Below, one piece after another: positions 10,646 to 19,352 of a DNA stretch of 64,000 nt. The notes beneath the pieces are model-generated. The model was not told the origin of the DNA, made no database searches, and saw only the letters and a list, made by a program, of their open reading frames with translations. The DNA lies in the NCBI GenBank assembly GCA_963719515.1, contig CAVRCJ010000007.1, forward strand, positions 64,001-128,000, in the 5' to 3' direction. This stretch comes from an uncultured cyanobacterium. GTDB taxonomy: Bacteria > Cyanobacteriota > Cyanobacteriia > CAKZMO01. Positions within the stretch are counted from its first letter, which is position 1; the number at the start of each line of letters is the position of its first letter. The position numbers were made by a program, and so were the translations under genes.

Positions 10646-11255
10646 AGATTTAATACCTCACCGTCAGTAATTTTGACACGTAGCTGTGATACAACCTGTA
10701 TCTCAAGGGCTAGCGCTAGAAGAGCTAACGGCCTTGAACAGCGTCAGATTGATTGCATGGAGAGACAGGCCCGCGCACTCCAGGCGGAGCCTTCCGATGA
10801 TAAGAACTGCTTGTAGCGTAAGAGCTTGAACACCCTAGGATCGAAGCCTAATGACCCTCTCAAGGCACGAATAAACCCAAGCAACGATTAAGTTTTTGGT
10901 TCTGATGGGGAACCTGATTAAAAACTTTATGCGGCACGGTAAATAGGATTTACCCAAACATTAGGCAAATGTCTTGTGCCAACACCTGCATCTAGAGCAA
11001 TTATATCTGCTTAGACTCTGCATCTAGAGTTTTTTTGCCAAAAAGCTCAACTTGTATTAAAAGTACACACATAGAAGACCTGGTATGTAGCGTTTTTCCC
11101 GCCCAGGCTTGTTCGATTTTAGCAGGGGTGGAGTTTCCGTGAGCAGACGCTTTTGAGCGGAAAATCAATGCCGTGACTCTAGCGGCGATCGCCCCAGTCC
11201 TAAAGAATGACTCAACTGGCGGGGGCGATCGCTAAACATTAGGGGCGATGTCAAA

Positions 11256-13823
11256 ATGAGACAGAATAATCACCCCGACTGCCTAGTGTCTCGCCCCACC
11301 GTCCGCTCCCCCTGGGTTTATGCCGCTGCCCTCTCCCTTCTCTGGCTATTGAGCCTGGGGATAGACGGCCTGTGGCTGTGGCTAGACCATGCCGTGCCCT
11401 CCTGGGACCCCGCCGACCACCACATCGGGGCGCTCAACTACTGGTGGACGCTGCGGCAGATGCAGGGCACCCCCGAGTGGTGGCAGGGCTTTTGGACGCT
11501 GTCCTCCAAATACCCGCCGCTGCTGTATGTCTCCACCGCGCCGCTGATTGAGCTACTGGGGCGATCGCCCGACGCGGCGGTGCTCGTCAACGCTCTGTAC
11601 ACCCTGGTGTTGCTGGTGGCGGTGTTTCAGCTGGGTCGGCAGTTCTCCCCTGCGGTAGGCCTGTGGGCCGCTAGCCTAGCGCTGCTGCTGCCCCAGCTCT
11701 ATGTCACCCGCACCGAATACTATATGGACTACCCGCTGACGGCGCTGGTGGCCCTGAGCCTACTGGCGCTGACCCGGTGGCGCGACGCTAAATTTGGCGG
11801 GGCGCAGTGGGGCTGGGCGATCGCCTTTGGGGGCTGTCTGGGACTGGCGTTTTTGGCCAAGCAGACGGCGCTGCTGTTTTTGGCCGTGCCGGTGCTGTGG
11901 CTGGGGGCCTCTCGGCTATGGCGACGCCAGTGGGGGCGTTTAGGTCAGCTTGTTTTGAGCGGGGGCATTGCGCTATTGCTGATATGGCCTTGGGCGCGCA
12001 CCAACTGGTTTTTTCAGGTGAGCGCCGCCTTTAGCGCCAACATCCGCTCCGCCGCTATCGAGGGCGATCCGTCGGCTGCTAGCCTGGCCGGGTGGCTCTA
12101 CTACTGGCAGCAGCTCCCCCGGCTAGCGTCGTTTCCGCTACTGCTGCTGGCCGTGGCGGGTCTGGTGCTCGGGGTGGCGAGGCGGCGGGTAGCGCTTCGG
12201 GATCGCCAGGCCCTGGGGTGGCTGGGCCTGTTTCTGGGGGGCAGCTACGTCATTTGGTCGGCGATCGCCAATAAGGATGCCCGCTACATCATGCCGCTGC
12301 TGCCGGTGCTGGGGATTGTTCTAGCCTACGGGCTGACCCAGCTTCCCCGCTGGCTGCGCTGGGGGACGGTAGCGGTGGCGGCGGGGCTGATGCTGGTAAA
12401 TTTGTTTGGCGGCAGTGCGGCGCAGGGGGGGGTATCGCCTTTGACCCCAGGAGCCGCCCACAGCCCCTATCGGGGCGAACCCTATCCCCACGCTGAAGTG
12501 ATTGACGAGATCGTTCAGGCCCAGCCTCACCAGCTGGTAAACCTGGGAGTGCTGCCCTCCACTCCTGAAGTCAATCAGCACAACGTCACCTACTACGGTA
12601 ACCGAGACGACTTTCACGTCTATTCCCGCCGCGCCGGCAAGAGTAGGGGGCACCTAGAGCAGGACGTGGGCGCGTTTGACTGGTTCCTCAGCGTCACCAA
12701 GCCGCAGATCCACTACCACGATGCCAAATCTCGCCGCCGTCAGGCCGAGATGGTGAGGCTCCTGCGGCCTGGGTTCCGGCGGCAGCGAAACTGGACCCTG
12801 CCCGACGGCAGTCAGCTCAACCTATTCCGGCGGCGTCAGCTTCCTGTTGAAGTGCGCCCTTTGCCTGATGGCGACGCTGAGGCTGTGCAGCTGGCGGGGG
12901 TTGAGGTTGCCGGTCAGGCGATCGCAGGCGAGCCGGTGCCCATAACCTATCGGTGGCGAGGACCTTGGCGCGAGCTGCACGACGGCATCGTCATATTGAG
13001 CTGGGAGCAGGACGGGACGCTGGGCTGGCTGCACGACCACAGCATTGGCTTGGGGCGGCTCCATCCCCAGCCTATTCAGGCAAACCAGACGGTGCTCGCC
13101 CCCTCCAATGTCGATCCTGATGAGGCGTTCGAGGTGGTAGAGCATACGGCCATGCTGCCGCCCGATGGGTCTGCAGGGCGCTACCGACTGACCGCGACGT
13201 ACCTCAACCGCTCCACTGGAAAAACTTACAGCCTAGCGACGCCGCCCCAAACCCTAGAGATTGCCGCGCCCGTCGCTGCGGTCGGGCCTGCGGCTGACGC
13301 GGAAACTGAGCCCGAAACCGTCCCGTCTTTAGTTACGCCCCCCGACGCGGGAACTCAGCTGCGGCAGCTCGCCCAAGCCCTCCCCCTCGGCCCCGATGCC
13401 CTAGAGCCCGTCTTCGATCAGCTGGGTCGCCTCAGCCTCTATGACCCCATCCAGCAATATCTCCGGGACGCCGAAGTCAGCTTGTCCTATCGCCTCGCCA
13501 AAGCACCGGACGACCTCACGTTGCTCTATCCCCTGGTGCTAGCCCAGGTGCTGCAGCGGGATGCACCGGGGGCGATCGCCACTCTAAACCGAGTCACCCA
13601 GCTCGATGCCCAAAACCCCTACGCCTACGGCTATCTCGGCTTCGTGCAGCTCTACGCCCTGCGCCCTGCCGCTGCCGAGCGATCGCTGCGGTCTGCCGTG
13701 GCTTTAGCGCCAGAGTCGACCGAGCTGCGATCGCTCCACGCCGTCGCCTCCCTACTGCGGGGTAACCTTTGGGGGGCATGGCGGGAAGGCCGCGGGGTGA
13801 TAAACTCTCAAAACGTTGAGTAG
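11256..13823 (+). CDS. Membrane glycosyltransferase (GT-C/PMT_2-like) with C-terminal TPR-like repeats
   Basis: PSWDPADH, KYPPL, DYPL, NKDARYIMPLLP; many TM segments; TPR-like LDAQNPYAYGYLG. Confidence 0.85.
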   Translation: MRQNNHPDCLVSRPTVRSPWVYAAALSLLWLLSLGIDGLWLWLDHAVPSWDPADHHIGALNYWWTLRQMQGTPEWWQGFWTLSSKYPPLLYVSTAPLIELLGRSPDAAVLVNALYTLVLLVAVFQLGRQFSPAVGLWAASLALLLPQLYVTRTEYYMDYPLTALVALSLLALTRWRDAKFGGAQWGWAIAFGGCLGLAFLAKQTALLFLAVPVLWLGASRLWRRQWGRLGQLVLSGGIALLLIWPWARTNWFFQVSAAFSANIRSAAIEGDPSAASLAGWLYYWQQLPRLASFPLLLLAVAGLVLGVARRRVALRDRQALGWLGLFLGGSYVIWSAIANKDARYIMPLLPVLGIVLAYGLTQLPRWLRWGTVAVAAGLMLVNLFGGSAAQGGVSPLTPGAAHSPYRGEPYPHAEVIDEIVQAQPHQLVNLGVLPSTPEVNQHNVTYYGNRDDFHVYSRRAGKSRGHLEQDVGAFDWFLSVTKPQIHYHDAKSRRRQAEMVRLLRPGFRRQRNWTLPDGSQLNLFRRRQLPVEVRPLPDGDAEAVQLAGVEVAGQAIAGEPVPITYRWRGPWRELHDGIVILSWEQDGTLGWLHDHSIGLGRLHPQPIQANQTVLAPSNVDPDEAFEVVEHTAMLPPDGSAGRYRLTATYLNRSTGKTYSLATPPQTLEIAAPVAAVGPAADAETEPETVPSLVTPPDAGTQLRQLAQALPLGPDALEPVFDQLGRLSLYDPIQQYLRDAEVSLSYRLAKAPDDLTLLYPLVLAQVLQRDAPGAIATLNRVTQLDAQNPYAYGYLGFVQLYALRPAAAERSLRSAVALAPESTELRSLHAVASLLRGNLWGAWREGRGVINSQNVE

Positions 13824-14342
13824 GTGAACGCTATGGTGAATCGCTGGGTAAGGGCTGCGGGAACGGCTGTTTTGGGCGTGGTGCTGGTGGTGGGCTTTTG
13901 GCTCTACGCGCCTCAATTTGCCAATGCCCAGGATAACCAGGTCAACTACACCCTCAGCGACCTAAAGGGGAAAGACTTTTCCTACAAGAATTTGGAAGGG
14001 ACGTCTTTGGCCGGGGCGGAGATTCGAGGGGCGAATTTTGAGGGAACGAACCTGACCGCCACAATTTTGACGAAGGCATCCTTTATCGGGGCGAATCTTG
14101 CAGGCGCTGACTTCACTCAGGCGTTCGCCGACCGCGTCAATTTTGATGAGGCTGATTTGACAAACGCGGTGTTCGCGGGCGCGATGCTGAGCAGCAGCAC
14201 CTTCAATGGCGTCAAGGCAGACGGCGCTGATTTTTCAGATGCAATTTTGGATCGCTATTGGACCAAAGTGCTGTGCGAGATGGCGACGGGGACGAATGCG
14301 ACGACGGGGGTGGCAACGCGGGATAGCCTGGGCTGTCGGTAG
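13824..14342 (+). CDS. Exported pentapeptide repeat protein
   Basis: Signal peptide, A(N/D)(L/F)xx repeats, C-terminal C...TRDSLGC. Confidence 0.9.
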   Translation: MNAMVNRWVRAAGTAVLGVVLVVGFWLYAPQFANAQDNQVNYTLSDLKGKDFSYKNLEGTSLAGAEIRGANFEGTNLTATILTKASFIGANLAGADFTQAFADRVNFDEADLTNAVFAGAMLSSSTFNGVKADGADFSDAILDRYWTKVLCEMATGTNATTGVATRDSLGCR

Positions 14343-14465
14343 TCGATTTACCTGGGATTGCCATAGAACGCCCTTAGACTGTAGCGAGGATAGCTACGGA
14401 CGCTCGCTCCGACCTGCTATTAAACGTAGGTCGATGCTATCCCCGGTAGAGGGATTGGAGTAGGT

Positions 14466-15770
14466 GTGAGGAACGGGAAGCTGCGCTGGTTGGGGTTGGC
14501 CCTGTCTGTGATGTTGGTCTTTGCGGGGGCGACTGCTGTCCGCAGTCAGACCCCAGAACCCTTAGTCTTAGAGCGAACGGGGGAGTTTTGCGCCGACGAT
14601 CCGGCCTGCTTTAACCGCTACCATCCCGAGATTCCGGCTGCGGCAACGGCAGAGCCGGGCCAGACGATCGTACTTGGCACCCGCGATGCGTTTGACGGCG
14701 CGTTTGGGCCAGAGGCGACCCCAGAAGACGTGGTTGCCGCTGATTTGGCCTTGGTCCACCCCCTGACCGGCCCGGTGTTTGTTGAGGGGGCCCAGCGGGG
14801 GGACGTGCTGGCGGTTACTGTCCAAGATATTGAACCCGACCCCTATGGCTACACCGTCATTGCTCCGGGGTTTGGCTTTCTGCGAGACCTGTTCCCCGAT
14901 CCCTACATTGCCAACTGGAGCCTCGATCGCACTGCGGCGGTGTCAGCAGAGATTCCCCAGGTGCAAATTCCCTTTGCCCCCTTTACTGGGTCGATGGGGG
15001 TGCTGCCCGGCGAGCCTGAGCTAGAGACCTTCTTGAGCCGAGAGGCAGAGCTGGCTGAAGTCGGCGGCATTGCCCTGACGCCTCTCCCCACGGGGGCGCT
15101 GCCCGCAGCGCTGTGTGGCCCAGACGGCACCGACAGCGATCGCTGTATCCGCACTATTCCGCCGCGAGAAAACGGCGGCAATATGGACGTGAAGCAGATG
15201 CAGGTGGGGACGACGGTTCTCTTTCCCTGCTTTGTGGACGGCTGTGGCCTATTTATTGGCGATGTGCACTACGCCCAAGGGGACGGCGAAGTGTCGGGCA
15301 CTGCCATTGAGATGGGGGCGACGGTCACGGTATCGACTGAGATTCGGGCTGGGTTGGGCGCACAGATCAAAGCGCCGCAGTTTGAGGGGGGCGATCAGCT
15401 CAAGGCGCTAGCGCCGGAGGCGTTCTATGCCACAACGGGGATTCCGATTAAGCAAGCGGGAGAAATTCCGCCCTACCACACCTATTTGAATAGCGAGGTG
15501 CTGGAGCCCCTGAGTAATCTGTCGGAAGATCTGACGCTGGCGGCCCGAAACGCGCTCATTGACATGGTGGACTACCTGGTGGAAAACCACGGGCTCACCC
15601 GTGAACAGGCCTACGTGGTGTCTAGCGTGGCGGTAGATTTGCGCATTGGCCAGCTCGTGGACGTGCCGAACTATATGGTGTCGGCAATCCTGCCGCTGAC
15701 TATCTTTACGGAGCCCGCATCAGCGGCCTCGCAACCCAACGCAGAGGGGGCGGCCCGTGAAGCGTCGTGA
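14466..15770 (+). CDS. Acetamidase/formamidase family protein with an N-terminal signal peptide
   Basis: HPLTGPVFVEGA, PPRENGGNMD, GDVHYAQGDGEVSGTAIE, QAYVVSSVAVDL, VDVPN. Confidence 0.9.
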   Translation: MRNGKLRWLGLALSVMLVFAGATAVRSQTPEPLVLERTGEFCADDPACFNRYHPEIPAAATAEPGQTIVLGTRDAFDGAFGPEATPEDVVAADLALVHPLTGPVFVEGAQRGDVLAVTVQDIEPDPYGYTVIAPGFGFLRDLFPDPYIANWSLDRTAAVSAEIPQVQIPFAPFTGSMGVLPGEPELETFLSREAELAEVGGIALTPLPTGALPAALCGPDGTDSDRCIRTIPPRENGGNMDVKQMQVGTTVLFPCFVDGCGLFIGDVHYAQGDGEVSGTAIEMGATVTVSTEIRAGLGAQIKAPQFEGGDQLKALAPEAFYATTGIPIKQAGEIPPYHTYLNSEVLEPLSNLSEDLTLAARNALIDMVDYLVENHGLTREQAYVVSSVAVDLRIGQLVDVPNYMVSAILPLTIFTEPASAASQPNAEGAAREAS

Positions 15771-16287
15771 TTGTCTGCGGGGGCTGGGCGCGATCGCGCT
15801 GTCACCGATCGCGCTCTCACCAATTATCGCGCCGCCGCTGGCCCACACCCCATTCCCCCAGTGGAAGGTATACCGCAGGCTACACCTGTTTATTGTGGTC
15901 AACCGGGAGGATGCTGCGGCCTATGACCTTGGGCAGGCGATCGCCCATACCCTGGCCGAAGACCTTCCCGAATCCCGCGCCAGGGTCACCCGCGCCCGCG
16001 ATGCGCTGCGATTGGCCAGCTTGATTAGCACCCATCAGCTTGATGTGGCGCTGATATCCCGCTCGGAGCTGGCGGCCTGGCAGCATAATCAAAGCCCCTA
16101 CGACCAGCTGCAGCCCACACCCCTAAAGGAGCTATTCACGACAGAGGACTATGTCTTGATCTGCCGCGACGACTTTCTGGCGGGCCACGCTGCTGTGGTG
16201 ACAAAGACGCTGCAGTCTCATCTGCGCTCTGGCCCACGATCTGGCCATCATGCTCTAACAAACAATCCGAATCGCCGCCTGGTCTAG
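15757..16287 (+). CDS. Hypothetical protein with a Tat-like signal (substrate-binding-protein-like)
   Basis: MKRRDCL twin-arginine start; ...PPLA/HTPFPQWKVYRR; RLASLISTHQLDVAL; overlaps the amidase stop. Confidence 0.7.
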   Translation: MKRRDCLRGLGAIALSPIALSPIIAPPLAHTPFPQWKVYRRLHLFIVVNREDAAAYDLGQAIAHTLAEDLPESRARVTRARDALRLASLISTHQLDVALISRSELAAWQHNQSPYDQLQPTPLKELFTTEDYVLICRDDFLAGHAAVVTKTLQSHLRSGPRSGHHALTNNPNRRLV

Positions 16288-17235
16288 ATAAGGGATATGC
16301 TGCTGAAGCTGAGCCTGCACTGCTTCAGCGATCGCCTGCCCGTCTTTCACGGAGCATTGCTCAGCCACCACCACATCCGCTTCCACATACAGCCGGTGCC
16401 CCAGCCACCGGGCCCGCACGCGGCCCAAAGACGCTACCCCGTCTACAGGGTCGGCGCTATGGCGGACGGTATCGATCACCTCAGGGTCTACGCCGTCGAG
16501 CAGGCGCGTGAAGATGGTCTGCCCCGATTCCCAAACAATTTTCAGCAACAGGACGGTAATCACCAGGCCAATGAGCGGGTCAAGCCAGGAGTAGCCCAGC
16601 CCAACTCCAACCGCGCTCACTAACACGGCTAAACTCACCAAGCCATCGGCTAAGGCATGCTGTCCATCGGCAATCAGGGCCGCGCTGTTGATTTCGCGTC
16701 CGACTTTCATGCGAAAGAGGGCGACAGTTTCGTTGCCGATGAAGCCAATGATGGCGGCGATGGCGAGCGCGCCTAGATGATAAATCGGCTGAGGGTGGTA
16801 AAAGCGATCGATGGATTCGTAGGCGGTGATGAGGGCGCTCAGCAAAATGATGGCCACCACGGCAACGCCCGCTAGGTCTTCAGCCCGGCCATAGCCATAG
16901 GCAAAGCGCTCTGTCGGCTTGCGTCGCCCCAAGAGGAATGCCACCCCGAGGGGGAGAGCGGTCATGGCGTCGCCGACGTTGTGAATTAAGTCGGCTAGGA
17001 GGGCTACGCTGCCCGACAGCCAGAAGACGATCGCCTGCGCCGTTGCCGTAATGATGAGGCCCACCAGTGACCATTTCACGGCCCAAAGCCCCCGTTCTGA
17101 GGTGGCGATCGCGGGGTCGATGGCTCCGTGGGTGTGGGCTTCATCGTGGTGGTGGTGGGTGTGAGCCTCATCACGATGAGGGTGGGTGTGATGGGCGGTA
17201 GATTGGGTGGGGGCGGGGGGCGTTGTGAGGGCCAT
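16255..17235 (-). CDS. Cation diffusion facilitator transporter
   Basis: His-rich N-terminus; SVALLADLIHNVGD, ALIADGQHALAD; C-terminal dimerisation domain. Confidence 0.92.
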   Translation of the reverse strand: MALTTPPAPTQSTAHHTHPHRDEAHTHHHHDEAHTHGAIDPAIATSERGLWAVKWSLVGLIITATAQAIVFWLSGSVALLADLIHNVGDAMTALPLGVAFLLGRRKPTERFAYGYGRAEDLAGVAVVAIILLSALITAYESIDRFYHPQPIYHLGALAIAAIIGFIGNETVALFRMKVGREINSAALIADGQHALADGLVSLAVLVSAVGVGLGYSWLDPLIGLVITVLLLKIVWESGQTIFTRLLDGVDPEVIDTVRHSADPVDGVASLGRVRARWLGHRLYVEADVVVAEQCSVKDGQAIAEAVQAQLQQHIPYLDQAAIRIVC

Positions 17236-17789
17236 GGGCGATAGGAAAGGGAATTTATGATTTGAGGGTAGAAGCAAATATAGCTTTACCCGGTGCGCCA
17301 TAAAAGCTCGTTACAGACTAAATGCTGCTGTGGTGATGGTTTTGGATGAAAGCGAGCCGTTGGATCTCTAGATTCGATTTGCTTGGGTGCTAGCGATTGC
17401 GCTGGGGATTTGAGGGGACGGCAAGAGCTGCACCTGAACTTGTCTGAGTGGTAGCGGATATCGTTGCCACTGGACACTCCGTCCGTCATCTCACTGCTGT
17501 GCTCTATGCTGTCGTTTCGACTCGCAGCTCTCAGAAAGGGTTCTGGGGCAGTAAGCCCCTTGTATCTCAAGTGGTAGATGCTCAAGTAGACAATCTAGAG
17601 TGGCTTTCAAGGTCTTATCATCAATCAAGGCTGGTGTAGGCGATACTGAAGAAGGGGATTGAAGCACGGCTAAAGTCCGATTTTAGGCAGCCTGACTCTA
17701 CCCCCTCTCCTCTCCTTTCTTAATCTCGCTCAGAGTGTTTTGTGGAGTACATGAGTATTATTCACGGCTCAAATTCTCGATAGCTCAGC

Positions 17790-18073
17790 GGCTAAGGCTT
17801 GATCCCAAGCAACATGATAACCAAAGGTTCCTCAAGCGCTTTCGTGCTATTGAGGTCAACTTGTTGTTCCTGGACGATGAGCCAGTGCCGACCACAAACA
17901 ATAGCAGCGAGCAGGCGCTGCGGTGGAGTGTGGTATTTCGCAAGGTAACCCACCGCTTTCGTTCAGATTGGGGCAGGGATTTATTTGCTCTAGTCTGTTC
18001 CATGATCAACACCGGAAAGCATAACGGTTTATCTGCCTTCGATGCCATATTCCACGCTCTTATCTCTCCTTAA
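17790..18073 (+). mobile_element. IS66-family transposase 3' remnant
   Basis: LFLDDEPVPTTNNSSEQALRWSVVFRKVT..FRSDWG...SMINTGKHNG; the N-terminal part is absent. Confidence 0.8.
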
Positions 18074-18180
18074 ATATTGATGTTATCTTTTTCCCTGCTC
18101 ACAGTGACGCTGATCATAGGAAATTAAGCTCTGGCAAGTATAATCTATCTACGCGGATTCACCTAAGCTCAGCGATTGCC

Positions 18181-19278
18181 ATGAAAAAGATTTTGTTTTT
18201 GGCTGCCAATCCTAGTGATACTGCGCATCTCCGGTTGGGTGAGGAGTTCAGAGATATTGAGAATGGTTTCCGTGGGGCGCGTCACCGAGATAATTTTGAA
18301 CTTGTTCACAAACCTGAAGTTCGTGTTAGGGATCTTCAGAAATCGCTGCTGAATGAGTCTCCACAGATTATTCATTTTTCCGGTCATGGGGAAGGAAAAG
18401 AGGGCTTAGTTTTTAAAGATGAGTCAGGTCAGACTAAACTCATTAGTACTGAAGCTTTAGCTGGGCTATTCAAGCTGTTTGCGAACAGCGTTGAATGTGT
18501 CTTGCTGAACGGGTGCTACTCTGAAGCTCAGGCAGAGAGTATCTTTGAGTATATCGATTGTGTGATTGGCATGAGACAAGCGATTAGAAATGGGGCTGCA
18601 ATTGAGTTTGCTGTTTCTTTCTACAATGCTTTGGGAGCGGGAAAGTCCTTTGAGTTTGCTTACCATTTAGCCTGTAATGCTATTCAACTAAGCGCCATAT
18701 CGCCAAGTCAAGAATCAAAGCGCAAATTGATATCGGATGACGCAGCAGATAAAGAATTTCCTGCTGCGTCATCCGGAGAGCATTTGATTCCTAAATTATT
18801 CATACGCACGGATCAAGCGCCAGCTAGCTCTGATGAAACGCCAATTCAAATATTTCTTTCCTCTGCAGAGGAAGACAAAAAATTACGAGAGAAGCTCAAA
18901 GGGCATCTAAAAGTGCTTCAACGTACGCGAAATATTGATGTTAAAGATAGAAGAGATGTTCGCTTTGGCGTCAATCTTAAAGACGAGATCAAACGACTAG
19001 TGGAAGCAGCAAATATTATTCTAATATTAGTCAGCGACAACTATATATTTTCAGACTTTTGCTTTGAATACGAGTTGCCGTTAGTGATGAGCCAGTCAAA
19101 GAATCAAGCCGCTGTTGTAATTCCCATTATTCTTGAGCCCGGAGATTGGGAAGAGTTGCCGTTTGAAGAATTAAGCCCCTTGCCTTCAAATCGCGTACCA
19201 GTCACACTATGGAACAATCAAAATGAAGCATTTAGAGAGATTGTTAAGGGAGTACGTGGAGCTACTATACTCTCTTAG
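18181..19278 (+). CDS. CHAT (caspase-like) protease - TIR fusion
   Basis: KILFLAANP, IIHFSGHG (catalytic His), VLLNGC (catalytic Cys). C-terminal TIR: IFLSS..ED...IILILVSDNY..SDFCFEYEL...VIPII. Confidence 0.88.
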   Translation: MKKILFLAANPSDTAHLRLGEEFRDIENGFRGARHRDNFELVHKPEVRVRDLQKSLLNESPQIIHFSGHGEGKEGLVFKDESGQTKLISTEALAGLFKLFANSVECVLLNGCYSEAQAESIFEYIDCVIGMRQAIRNGAAIEFAVSFYNALGAGKSFEFAYHLACNAIQLSAISPSQESKRKLISDDAADKEFPAASSGEHLIPKLFIRTDQAPASSDETPIQIFLSSAEEDKKLREKLKGHLKVLQRTRNIDVKDRRDVRFGVNLKDEIKRLVEAANIILILVSDNYIFSDFCFEYELPLVMSQSKNQAAVVIPIILEPGDWEELPFEELSPLPSNRVPVTLWNNQNEAFREIVKGVRGATILS

Positions 19279-19352
19279 AAAGCAAGTGTAATTCTCTTGT
19301 TAAGAACACCTAATATTAGCTTTAATGCATCTTACCAAAACCCTTAAGGAAA

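Noticed and set aside
14380..14398. NtcA box upstream of the amidase
   Set aside because: GTAGC-N7-GCTAC is palindromic, but the spacing is GTA-N11-TAC rather than N8
17300..17780. Additional gene or transposase remnant
   Set aside because: No translation that I could assign with confidence
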